This document shows positions 12,325 to 22,252 of a stretch of 64,000 nt of DNA, piece by piece. The position numbers and the translations under genes were made by a program. Source of the stretch: Flectonema sp. DT1601 (lineage: Eukaryota); contig OZ025783.1 in the NCBI GenBank assembly GCA_964019425.1, positions 620,001 through 684,000 on the forward strand, given 5' to 3'. The notes under the pieces are model-generated. The model searched no databases. It had not been told where the DNA came from and saw nothing but the letters and a program-made list of their open reading frames with translations. Positions within the stretch are counted from its first letter, which is position 1; each line of letters starts with the position of its first letter.

Positions 12325-13313
12325 CTGTTACTATACTTATAGGATTCTGTGACATAACTTATTACCCTCAAAAAGGGTTTTTATCAGCACTTCGTATGTC
12401 TGATAAGCGACAAGTACACAATGTGACTCTTAAGGAAGTTTTATTGCATTTCATTATAGTTTAGAATCTGTTTCTTCTTCACTCTGTCAGTCTTACTTCT
12501 TCTTGTGTAGGTAGTGATTGCAATCACACCAAAAGCTGTTTGTCAACCACCACGACACTAAGAAGTAATTGTCTGGTAGTAAGTTGAAAAAAATCAAGCG
12601 AACTGTTGCCATCGCGAGTATTGGTGACCACGGTTTTCTTTAGACTCGTTAATTCCTTAGTGGACCGGATGCTGATTGTAGTCATCTACGCGTTTGCTTC
12701 AAATCAATTTGATATCCACCGCCTACGACTTTAGTCGTTCATCTGGTGTGCCAGAAGGAAGCGGTGCCACAAAAGCATCTCATTAAAAGGAAAGCAAGCT
12801 GCAGATGTCCCCAAAAGTATTCTGGGTTACGCAGTATCGCCGTGTGTTCTATCTGTGAGGCGATGCAAAAAAAAAAAAAAAAAGAGAGAGGAAAAATCCG
12901 AATTACTTACCAGAACGAAATGGAGAGGAGGAAAAAAAAACAAAAAAACAATGATAATTATGAAGAGCAGTGTCCATGCAGGTATAGTTGAGCCCTTCAG
13001 GCAGTATTATCTGTGATAGTAAGCGACCATAAGCGAAGTGTTTCTTCGAGAGCTCTCCTTTTCGTAGTCCCCTTCCCGCCCCTCGCCATCCACAAAAACC
13101 CAATATCGATCTGCGGCATCTGTGCTGCGTCTTTTCCAATTTGTTTTGCGTTTTGAAGTTAGTCGAAATACTAAATTATTAAAATACAACCTCAGAATAT
13201 AAAACTATCTATTTACCAGCAATGATCAAACGGCAAGTGAGATACGTAGTTTCACACGATGCTCAACATTGAAAGCTTTACAATATTTTCCCAGAAACAG
13301 GACTCTGATTAAG

Positions 13314-14192
13314 ATGAACTCTCGCGGTCGGAGGTCGTCTTCTGGTCGAAGACGCTCAAAATCACCTTCTCATCGACACTCTTCGGGAAAAAGTAACAAC
13401 ACAAGTGGTGGATATCACTACAGTAAAACAATGGCACCTGCAGGACAATATGGAGTCCGATACCCCGGCTATGATGAAAATGACAGAGCTCCTGAAGATC
13501 ACTCTTCTCTTGTAAGAAGATCTCAGAGTCCTAAACCACCAGGTTGGAAAGGATCAGTTGTTAGAGGAAGTCTGAGAATGGAAGGTATTAATTATTCTAA
13601 ATATGAATCACTTCGAGGTGAAGTAAACCTCCAACGGAGTCTAACAAATGGAATCAGAGATGATATTATATCTGAAGCAGGAAATGGAACCATCAGAGAG
13701 GATATCCTTCTTCGTCTATCACCAGGTCCTATAAAAACAGTTGTGTTAGATTACGATAGCTCTCCAAGAAGTAGATTACCTCCGAGTCTAGTTGACGCCG
13801 ATTGGTGTATTGATGTTGAATATGTTATCGAAGCAAGATCTGAATCAGCTCAAATAAACATCGCTCGATCACTCTACGAATCGTTATCAAGAGGAGACTT
13901 ACAGCTTAGGGCTACGAGTAATGCTTACTTTCGTTATATTGATCCGGGTAATAAAAATGATCGTTCAATCAGAGCAGTTCCTTGTACGTCTGCAAACCCA
14001 TCATTGGGATCACCTTCACAAAGTAATTATAGTCCAAAAGGTTATCAAGGTGAATCAATTTATAGTCCAGTTGGAAGTCCTACTCGCAACACCTTCACTA
14101 ATAATAGCAATCGACACTATCCTAACTCTGGAATGGAATACGTTAGAGGGTATAGCCCTCCGAGGAGTCCTACAGGAAGGTTGATGTACTAG
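13314..14192 (+). CDS. Hypothetical protein with RS/SP-rich termini and a central globular domain
   Basis: ATG 13 nt after AAACAG; long open frame. Confidence 0.7.
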   Translation: MNSRGRRSSSGRRRSKSPSHRHSSGKSNNTSGGYHYSKTMAPAGQYGVRYPGYDENDRAPEDHSSLVRRSQSPKPPGWKGSVVRGSLRMEGINYSKYESLRGEVNLQRSLTNGIRDDIISEAGNGTIREDILLRLSPGPIKTVVLDYDSSPRSRLPPSLVDADWCIDVEYVIEARSESAQINIARSLYESLSRGDLQLRATSNAYFRYIDPGNKNDRSIRAVPCTSANPSLGSPSQSNYSPKGYQGESIYSPVGSPTRNTFTNNSNRHYPNSGMEYVRGYSPPRSPTGRLMY

Positions 14193-14706
14193 TAGATTTT
14201 ACACTCTAGTTGCGAGTAAACAGTTATTTGTAATTTCTTTTCCCAGTAGTCGTTCTTTAGTTAATCACTCCTATAAGATTTCATTGCGATTTTTTTTTTT
14301 TTTAAAAAAAGAAAAAAAAAAAGACCGTTGAACCAAGCTGGACGTTGTTAAAAAATTTAACTCCCAAAAAAAAAGTACCCCTAAATTTTTTTTCAAAGCC
14401 CGCGGGTACAATTGGCACTTGTGGCAAACAGTTTGCCCGAGACTAGAGCTTTGTTCAAAAAAAAAAAAAAAAATCGCAAAAAAGTTGTTTCTTATCCTTC
14501 TTCCCTTATGTTGGAAATTCGGGTGTCCTATTTTCTCCTAAATTTGTAAACTGTGTAGTGATTCGTCTTGTCTGATTATAAAAAAGACAAGACAGCATTC
14601 GTACTTTTCTTTGTTACTTAGTTACCCATATGTGTTGCACATCCACGCTTAATGGATAATTGTTGGTAAAAAAATATTGGATAAAAATTATTAATTTACT
14701 CACCAG

Positions 14707-17160
14707 ATGCGATCACAGTACCTTAGGAGTGGTTATGAATTATTTACTGATGTCAGCGTTCGGGCACCGCTGTCGCAGTTGAAGCAACGTTGGGATCGCA
14801 ATCCGAAATATTTTAAGAATATTCCAAAGCATGCTTATCGTTTAAACTGGTCTCCTGTAATCGCAAGAACTGGTCAGGACATTGAAGTCGATCCGTATGA
14901 TCGAATTAGTAAAAAAGGAAATTATAAAGAAATGATTCAAAACTGGCAGGGATGGTATCGACTCGATAATCTACTCTCCTCTAGGGATGCTCCTCAATCT
15001 GCACTTGACATCTCAAGGGATCTCTCACAGGTTGGAGTCCAACTAAACGACTATCACAGTAGTGTATTAATGTGGAAAGCAGTCTCAGAAATAGAAAGTG
15101 GTATTAAATTAGGAATTGAGGAAAAGACGAGAGCCGCAATCGAAGCAGCTGGAAACCTACACACCGAAATATGCGACTTCCACACAGCAGGTCTGTACAC
15201 TGGCGCTGCATTATCAGCTCTGTATGGACTAACAGAACAACCTGATGAATTATCGTCTTTAGAAATATCAAACAGACATCTTCTTCATGATCCAGAAGAG
15301 TCACTTGAATCGAAACAGTCGTTTTATGAAAATCTAAGTCTCGCTGGTGTTCTAATGAAGAATGATGATATTATGATGAAGTGGCAGGCTGAAATGCGAA
15401 AACAAAAGATTGCCCCTTCTCTCAACTACTGGACTGTCTTACTTCATCACTTAAGAGATCAAGAGAAACCAATGCTTATGCTTGAAGCGAAGAAGAACAT
15501 GGAATTAACATGTGAAAAAGATAACTCAATATACTACTTACTATCGTCTATTGCTTCTCTCTGTGCTGCACCGGAAATAGCAACTAATTTACAGCTCGAA
15601 ATGAAGAGTGAATCACTACGAAATCCAAACAAGCTGCAGTACTCTGCTAAATTCATGCATGAAGGACTCCTCAAAGCATACTTGGCAAAACGAGATATGG
15701 TTGCTGCGCTTAGCACCTGGGAAAGACTGAAACATGTGAATACGAAAATATTATATAGACGTACCGGGAAACATGAATCAAGGAACGCATACACACCAAC
15801 AACACAAATAAGTGCTTCAATGATAAAAGGATTTGATAACGCGAGTGATGCCTACAAGTGGTGGAGGAAAGAAGCCCTGGGAATAAAAGGATTACTTCCT
15901 TTGAGAGGATTTAATTCAGTAGTTCTCCAGGAACTGGCTTCATCATTAGTCGGTCAGCAAGAATGGGATTTACTAAGTGATTTACACGATGAACTTGTTA
16001 AAAAACAACAACAACTTAAAAAAGATAAGGAAATGCATCTGAACCCAACTCACAAACTACCTGACATCCGAATCACAAATGGAATGTTTTGGAAAGATAT
16101 TTCTGTTGGTCTTGCACATGCTGGTCGGTTGAAAGATGCTCACACAACTTTAATAAAAAAGATTGATTGGTCAAGACATCATTTCAATGCTACTTATGCA
16201 TCCCACCTGTTTACATGTACTTCTACTCAAAAGGATGATAACTCAGATCTTGTACTCGCGGCGACTGTTGAGTATTTTCAACGAAACAAATATTGGAAGC
16301 TCGACGGAGATTCATACATGTACATCATCACCCACCAGCTAGCTGTAGATCCATCAATTATAGCAGCAATGCGAGTCTTTAGGGAAGCTTCAAACGCCTC
16401 TTTACTCCCAACTGATAAGGGAATGTCTTTTCTACTAACTTGGACTAGCAAGTTGTCGTTGAGTGATTCAAAAAGGAATCTAATAACAACTAACCTGCTT
16501 CCATTACTGTGGTCTTATTATTTCAAAGCCTCAGTTGAAAGGTATGGAAAGATATCATATCTGGTTGGGAGATTATTTAATAAATGTGAACCAACCTTAC
16601 CAAGACTAGGTGAAGCTCTGCTTGCTTCTATGCCAGGATGGGATAATCAACAATTCAATAGTCTGTTTGGAAGTGAAGTTTCTGAATACAAATCAGTCTT
16701 AGTTTTAGATGGTACAACAGCATTTAATATTGAAGACTACATTGAAAAAGGTGTGACTTGTATTCTTCCACAAAGTGTTCTAATGCAGCTGTACGATCAC
16801 ATCATCTCTCCAAACTCCACTGCTACTGATAAGGAAAAAGAGTTCTTTTCTGATTCTATATTCCGCTTCCAACAAGCGCTGTTCTCAAAAGATATTATTC
16901 TACTTCCTCACATTGAAGAGTGTAATCTGTTAGCTGGTAATAATTATCAATCTGGTACCCCACAAAGGATAGCTGATCTTACTATTGCTTTGAGTAGTCA
17001 TACAGAAACACAAATTGTTACGAACGATGTTCAAATGGCTAAGTTCTGCAGTCATAAAGAGATTAGCTGCTTAACACCTAACAAACATTCTAAACGTGTA
17101 CTTGAAGGTATCAGTAAGTCAACAAGAAAGCAATTACCTCCCAGTTTCGATAACGTGTGA
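14707..17160 (+). CDS. PPR-like helical-repeat protein with C-terminal PIN-like domain
   Basis: PPR-like segments (PSLNYWTVLLHHL; MHEGLLKAY..DMVAALSTWERLK; LDGDSYMYII..AAMRVFREA). PIN-like pattern VLVLDGTT..ILPQSVLMQL..IVTND. ATG directly after CAG. Confidence 0.6.
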   Translation: MRSQYLRSGYELFTDVSVRAPLSQLKQRWDRNPKYFKNIPKHAYRLNWSPVIARTGQDIEVDPYDRISKKGNYKEMIQNWQGWYRLDNLLSSRDAPQSALDISRDLSQVGVQLNDYHSSVLMWKAVSEIESGIKLGIEEKTRAAIEAAGNLHTEICDFHTAGLYTGAALSALYGLTEQPDELSSLEISNRHLLHDPEESLESKQSFYENLSLAGVLMKNDDIMMKWQAEMRKQKIAPSLNYWTVLLHHLRDQEKPMLMLEAKKNMELTCEKDNSIYYLLSSIASLCAAPEIATNLQLEMKSESLRNPNKLQYSAKFMHEGLLKAYLAKRDMVAALSTWERLKHVNTKILYRRTGKHESRNAYTPTTQISASMIKGFDNASDAYKWWRKEALGIKGLLPLRGFNSVVLQELASSLVGQQEWDLLSDLHDELVKKQQQLKKDKEMHLNPTHKLPDIRITNGMFWKDISVGLAHAGRLKDAHTTLIKKIDWSRHHFNATYASHLFTCTSTQKDDNSDLVLAATVEYFQRNKYWKLDGDSYMYIITHQLAVDPSIIAAMRVFREASNASLLPTDKGMSFLLTWTSKLSLSDSKRNLITTNLLPLLWSYYFKASVERYGKISYLVGRLFNKCEPTLPRLGEALLASMPGWDNQQFNSLFGSEVSEYKSVLVLDGTTAFNIEDYIEKGVTCILPQSVLMQLYDHIISPNSTATDKEKEFFSDSIFRFQQALFSKDIILLPHIEECNLLAGNNYQSGTPQRIADLTIALSSHTETQIVTNDVQMAKFCSHKEISCLTPNKHSKRVLEGISKSTRKQLPPSFDNV

Positions 17161-17321
17161 TCTTAAATCCGATAATTCCTACAGACTGACTCGTTTTTTT
17201 CCTTTCCCTTCTTCCTGTCATATAATTGACACGTCTTTTGTAATCAATTCACTTGGTAAGTCAGTACGCCAGTACATCCTTTTTTTTTAGTTATTTTGTT
17301 ATCTTAAACAGCAAGAGAGTA

Positions 17322-18731
17322 ATGAATGACATATCAAGTACAGATGAATATCAAAAAGCCTTAGACGGCATGGGAAGTGATATACCGATTGATTGTTTTA
17401 CTGACGACAGTGATTTTGATCCGATTGTTAAAAAAAGATCATCAACGACTGTACCAAACACATCATCCTATCACTTAAACCTAACCTGGAAACCATGGAT
17501 GCTGCTATTACCATTTATTACAATTGGGATTGACAACCAACAGTTGGTATCAACTGCCACGCTACTATTAAATTTAATTTTACATAGTAAAATACCTAAA
17601 AAAAAATCTAATACAACCTCTTTCCATAAAGACTTAAAAACCAACAATGAGAAGAGTGTTGGGTCCCTACTCTATTGTGGGTTTAAACCTTGTATGCTCA
17701 TTCTTCCTTTTATAAATACCAAACTATCAGTATTGATGTCTGCGTACTGTTCGCTAACTGCTCTCGAATCATATTTACATCGTCGGTATAAATCTCTATT
17801 TAGCGTTCTATCTTTACTAATAATGACTGATGCTAGGAAAGTTGCTGAAAAAAATCTTGTTGGTAATATGGAAAGTGAGAAATGTTTAAAAACACAATCA
17901 GGAAAGAAAACATCAAATCAACTGATTACTATTAAATACTCTTCTCTGATATGTTTGTTGAGGAAGTATGCTGATAGTGTGGATAATTGTGGTTCTGATC
18001 AAACGCTTGCTCTCATAATTCAATCACATCACCTACTAAGAACTTTTAATTACTTCCAACAAATTGTATTGGGATCTCATTACACTGTTGTTAGCCGAAT
18101 ATTTCATCTGCAGTCACACATTACTTTATTACGATCAATAAAGAAAACACTTCAAGATGATGAAGACGATAACGTACCTGAAACTCACGATAAAAACTCA
18201 ACTTTTACAAAATCTCTTCGATTGATTTTAATTAGATGCAATGATGCCATTCAAAGTGATTCATCGTTGTCTAATCAAACACAATATGACTTATGCAAGA
18301 CAGCAATTCATTTGGCACTCAGAGATATAGAATCTGAGTTTATAAAAATACAACAAACACCTCCTGTTGTAAGAGTTCTCAAGAGAGATGAACATATTCA
18401 TGTTAGTGAGCTGCCTTTACCTGATTGTCAGTCTGGAGATATAGATCGAGTTGTTAGTGATTTCAGTGTTGATATTTTAACCACAACTGGAACACAACCG
18501 ATGGTACCCATGACTGATGAGGATAATTCAGTTGTTGGATCACTTCGTGTGCCTCCACTTCCTTCAAACTTCTCACCCAAGTATCCTCTCGGTTTTGAAC
18601 GAGTTCTCAAAGATGATGACCCCGTGTCTGATAAAGTTAATCATACCGCTAGCGAAGACTCTGGATTGCACTTTGATCTTCAAAATGAATTGAAAATGGC
18701 TTTCCAAACAAGGCAACAACACCATTCTTAA
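17322..18731 (+). CDS. Hypothetical membrane protein
   Basis: ATG 10 nt after AAACAG; several hydrophobic segments in the N-terminal half. Confidence 0.65.
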   Translation: MNDISSTDEYQKALDGMGSDIPIDCFTDDSDFDPIVKKRSSTTVPNTSSYHLNLTWKPWMLLLPFITIGIDNQQLVSTATLLLNLILHSKIPKKKSNTTSFHKDLKTNNEKSVGSLLYCGFKPCMLILPFINTKLSVLMSAYCSLTALESYLHRRYKSLFSVLSLLIMTDARKVAEKNLVGNMESEKCLKTQSGKKTSNQLITIKYSSLICLLRKYADSVDNCGSDQTLALIIQSHHLLRTFNYFQQIVLGSHYTVVSRIFHLQSHITLLRSIKKTLQDDEDDNVPETHDKNSTFTKSLRLILIRCNDAIQSDSSLSNQTQYDLCKTAIHLALRDIESEFIKIQQTPPVVRVLKRDEHIHVSELPLPDCQSGDIDRVVSDFSVDILTTTGTQPMVPMTDEDNSVVGSLRVPPLPSNFSPKYPLGFERVLKDDDPVSDKVNHTASEDSGLHFDLQNELKMAFQTRQQHHS

Positions 18732-19003
18732 TTAATAGACGACTGTTATTGTAGTTATTTAACACATTGCTTGTGATCATCGCCTGAACGGTTTCTTTTC
18801 GTTCTGCTATTATCAAACCATTTCTTCTTCAGGACTCAATAATATAATAAGTGAGGTCGTATTGAAGGTGTTGTTGTTTTCGGATTAAGAGGCTAAGAAC
18901 TGACATCTAAAATAACAAACAGTTTTCTTTTTTTTATTTAAATGATTTACTTCCATCACATTCCGTTATTTTCAGGCGGGCGGAGGGGGGCTGAACCGTC
19001 ACC

Positions 19004-21781
19004 ATGTCGAAACGGGAAGCCGACCTGGAGAGGCAGGTCGCCTCCCTGACGGAGCGACTAACAGAAGAAGAAGAGGAAAAGGAAAGGGAACAAGAGGAGG
19101 TTTTGAAATTAATTGAGAAAAACTCAGAAGTAGAAGCTATGCTAAAAGGATCCGTGGCAGAGGCTCGCAAAGAAGTAGAAGACGCTGCTCTGAAAGAGCA
19201 GAAACGCCTTCAAGATATTAACAGAAAGGTAAAGGTTCAACTCAAAGAAGCAACTGAAAAGATAAAAAAACTAAAACAACGAGCACGAGAACACGCTTCC
19301 ATTTGGATTGATAAACTGACATCCGAACAGGATAAGCGACTACGTCAAGTTCATTACGTAAAGTGGTTTATTTTTGTAAAGGGCGGTGGTAAGGCAGGAG
19401 GGGGAGGAGGAGGAGTAGGACATGGCACGCACTCTTCTCACATTATTCGATTTGGTGATGACCACCTGGACACCATTCCTGCAGGAAAGCTATCCAGTGA
19501 AATAATCCCTGGAGCTCTTCATAATCCACGAATGCAAATATCACAAGTTGTTGAACAGTCTGATGCACAACTATCTGGAAAACTATCTGGAAAAGGAGTT
19601 GCGTATCCTCCGCATTCTGATCATAATCGAAAACATCCTCACTTTGCTGCTTCAGCACCCACAGTTACTTACCCTGGAGAGACTTCTGACAAACATTATG
19701 TAGTTAGTGGTCAAGGGAATCCTGTTTATACTTCTCCACATCCACACTTTCCAATATTACCTCAGTTCCCACATACACCTGGAACTGGGGGATCGCCACC
19801 TAGAAGTCGGCGTCATCAAAATAATACGCCAGGCATGGGTTCAACGACATTAGAACCTATGGCAGGTGATTTTTATGCTCCCGGATCTGTACGGAGACGG
19901 AGGGGAAGCAGGAGTGAGTCTCCTCCTCCTGGTGGTGGTAGTGGTGGTGGTGGCGGTGGTAGTGGTTTTGGTGGTGGTAGTGGTGGTGGTTTTGGTGGTG
20001 GTAGTGGTGGTTTTGGTGGTGATTACGATGAAGATAATTTTAACAATCGATCTCACAGTCCTGGAGTACTACACAATCTCGGATCGGGAGCCCAAGGATT
20101 TGATGAAGGGTTTCGATACCGTCCATCAGAGATTGATTACACTACAGGACAGAATAACTTCTCTGATCCATCACTTGAAGTCCAAATGAAACCACTCAAC
20201 CACTATGAAGGTCGTGCAGTATATTCTGCTCAGAAACTACCTGCTACTCAAAGGCTTTACATGGCTGCAGGAGGTTCAGGTGTTCAAAAGGCACCAGTAA
20301 GACCACTAAATTCATACGGAATCCCGCCAGATGATAATGATATTATTAATGACCTAATTTTAAAGGGTGATCAACAAACATCATTAGCTCACGATTCAGG
20401 ACAACAATTAAATAGAATTCCGAAGGGTGGAAGTATCTTACAAGGTCTTGGTATTCATGATGTTGTTGTTGGTGGTGGTCGGCAGTTGATTGGTCTTCCT
20501 GTTGAAGAAGTATGCTCTCCTATTTATCAATCATCATTCAAGCTTCCGGAAACAGAAGACGAGAAATATAAAACACCAACAGATGCCTCACCGAGTCTCA
20601 GGATTGAAACGTCTCCTGTAATAACTAAGCATCTACAGCAGTTGTCGGAACTTTCTGGGATGGGACGAAGTCAGTCACCACCTTCATCCATACCGAAGAA
20701 AAATCCAACTCGGACAGAAAAAGCACCAACCAGCTGTGTTCATGTTCAAAGTAACTCTGCTTTCTCTACTCCTGTTGACAGTCGTAATGAGTTACATCAA
20801 ATTCCTATCAGCGTTAGTAAAAGAACTCAAGTACCAAGTGTGCTTCTCACCCCCAGGGGGAGTCACTCAGATAAAAAATCTAAACAAACTGCTACCAGTA
20901 GTGTTGATGATCAAAGTAATATCAAAATAAAGAGCAAAGAGACTACCCCACCCAGAGAAAGAGACAAACCTGATAAACCAGGTTTTGACTACCTAACGGT
21001 ACCATCAATCAAACAAATTGATTCTCAATTAACGTTCTCTGAAAAGCCGAATAGTTTGCAACCGGAAACGCCAATTCCAGAAAGTATTTCTCAACGGTGT
21101 AATGAGACAGCCTCATCAATGAGTACTTACACTAGCTCATCTCCTACTTCAACATTTGTAAATACTGAAGATATTCCTGGTACCCCTCCTTCATCACCAA
21201 AAGAAGAGTTTATAACACAGTTAGATACACTTGATACTACAATAAGTGAACACAAACATCAAGGATTAAATAATAGCGGTAGTTTTATATCACACATGGA
21301 TGACAATGCAACTGGTGATAAATTACAAGTTCAACAGGTGTTGGAGAGATACAGCAGTCGGTTGTCAAAAACAAGTAAAGATTTGAATCGTGGAAGTGAT
21401 GATGTTCGGCATCAGAGTGGGAGAGGTGCTCCAACTGCTTGGAGTCCAACAGCAATGTCACCAAACTATAGAAATCCTTCTCAGAATGATATTGATTCGG
21501 GTCAGGTTGTTCCAGTTGTTATTACTCATGAACGGTCAATACCTCCAGAAAGGATTATTTCTTTATCACAATCTCCACCTCGGCGAACCAATCTAAGAAA
21601 CGGAACGTCTGTCATGCTTTCACGTGATGCTGAAGTCGGAGGTTGTCTAAATCACGGTGAGGTTGGAATGCTACTTGAGGAGGATCAATGGTGTCCCACC
21701 CGACCATACTGCGTTAGAGGACCACGATATGACATTCACTGGTACAGAGCCAGTGATGTAGTTATTGTCACTCAGTCTTGA
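19004..21781 (+). CDS. Coiled-coil/low-complexity protein with a small C-terminal beta-rich domain
   Basis: N-terminal E/K-rich coiled coil, Gly tract encoded by (GGT)n at about 19931-20020, S/P-rich middle, C-terminal GCLNHGEVG..PYCVRGP..WY. Confidence 0.75.
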   Translation: MSKREADLERQVASLTERLTEEEEEKEREQEEVLKLIEKNSEVEAMLKGSVAEARKEVEDAALKEQKRLQDINRKVKVQLKEATEKIKKLKQRAREHASIWIDKLTSEQDKRLRQVHYVKWFIFVKGGGKAGGGGGGVGHGTHSSHIIRFGDDHLDTIPAGKLSSEIIPGALHNPRMQISQVVEQSDAQLSGKLSGKGVAYPPHSDHNRKHPHFAASAPTVTYPGETSDKHYVVSGQGNPVYTSPHPHFPILPQFPHTPGTGGSPPRSRRHQNNTPGMGSTTLEPMAGDFYAPGSVRRRRGSRSESPPPGGGSGGGGGGSGFGGGSGGGFGGGSGGFGGDYDEDNFNNRSHSPGVLHNLGSGAQGFDEGFRYRPSEIDYTTGQNNFSDPSLEVQMKPLNHYEGRAVYSAQKLPATQRLYMAAGGSGVQKAPVRPLNSYGIPPDDNDIINDLILKGDQQTSLAHDSGQQLNRIPKGGSILQGLGIHDVVVGGGRQLIGLPVEEVCSPIYQSSFKLPETEDEKYKTPTDASPSLRIETSPVITKHLQQLSELSGMGRSQSPPSSIPKKNPTRTEKAPTSCVHVQSNSAFSTPVDSRNELHQIPISVSKRTQVPSVLLTPRGSHSDKKSKQTATSSVDDQSNIKIKSKETTPPRERDKPDKPGFDYLTVPSIKQIDSQLTFSEKPNSLQPETPIPESISQRCNETASSMSTYTSSSPTSTFVNTEDIPGTPPSSPKEEFITQLDTLDTTISEHKHQGLNNSGSFISHMDDNATGDKLQVQQVLERYSSRLSKTSKDLNRGSDDVRHQSGRGAPTAWSPTAMSPNYRNPSQNDIDSGQVVPVVITHERSIPPERIISLSQSPPRRTNLRNGTSVMLSRDAEVGGCLNHGEVGMLLEEDQWCPTRPYCVRGPRYDIHWYRASDVVIVTQS

Positions 21782-22252
21782 TAACTTAGGTTGTCTCTCT
21801 CTACATATATATTTTCCTTTTCCTTTTTTTTGTAAAATTGAATTTTGTTGTTTTCTTAAAGTCATAAATAATTGGAATCATCCAAGTATTTTCTGTATTT
21901 TCCGAATACGCTTGTTCTTCATTAAAAAAAACACAACCAACAGTTAACAAGTATAGATATTCAGTTTAGTTTTGTACAACAACGGATTATTCCTTGCATT
22001 CTTATTTGTCGTTCGTAACGCTACTTTCTTTTAAAATATTTTTTTTTGCACATCTGTTTTAGTACTTTTAACCAGACAGAACAAAAATAATGAACACTGA
22101 GTGAGTTGTTGACCGATTTAAATTTTTCATCTTTTTTTTTTTTTTTTTTTTAAAAGTTATTTTCCCACATCCCTACAGAAAAAGAAAATCAACAATTGTT
22201 TTAAAAATATAAAAATAAACAACAAAAAAGTGCTCCGGGAGGGCGGCAGCCA

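Noticed and set aside
14423..14437. Palindrome GGCAAAC-A-GTTTGCC as a regulatory site
   Set aside because: An isolated 7-bp inverted repeat, expected by chance in 64 kb.
14707..17160. Protein-only RNase P (PRORP) call
   Set aside because: Lacks the NYN motifs DGxN, DD and NDxMRDH and the zinc-binding Cys; only generic PPR-like and PIN-like features are present.
17322..18731. Vezatin-like assignment
   Set aside because: Only a vague topological resemblance; cannot be supported without a profile search.
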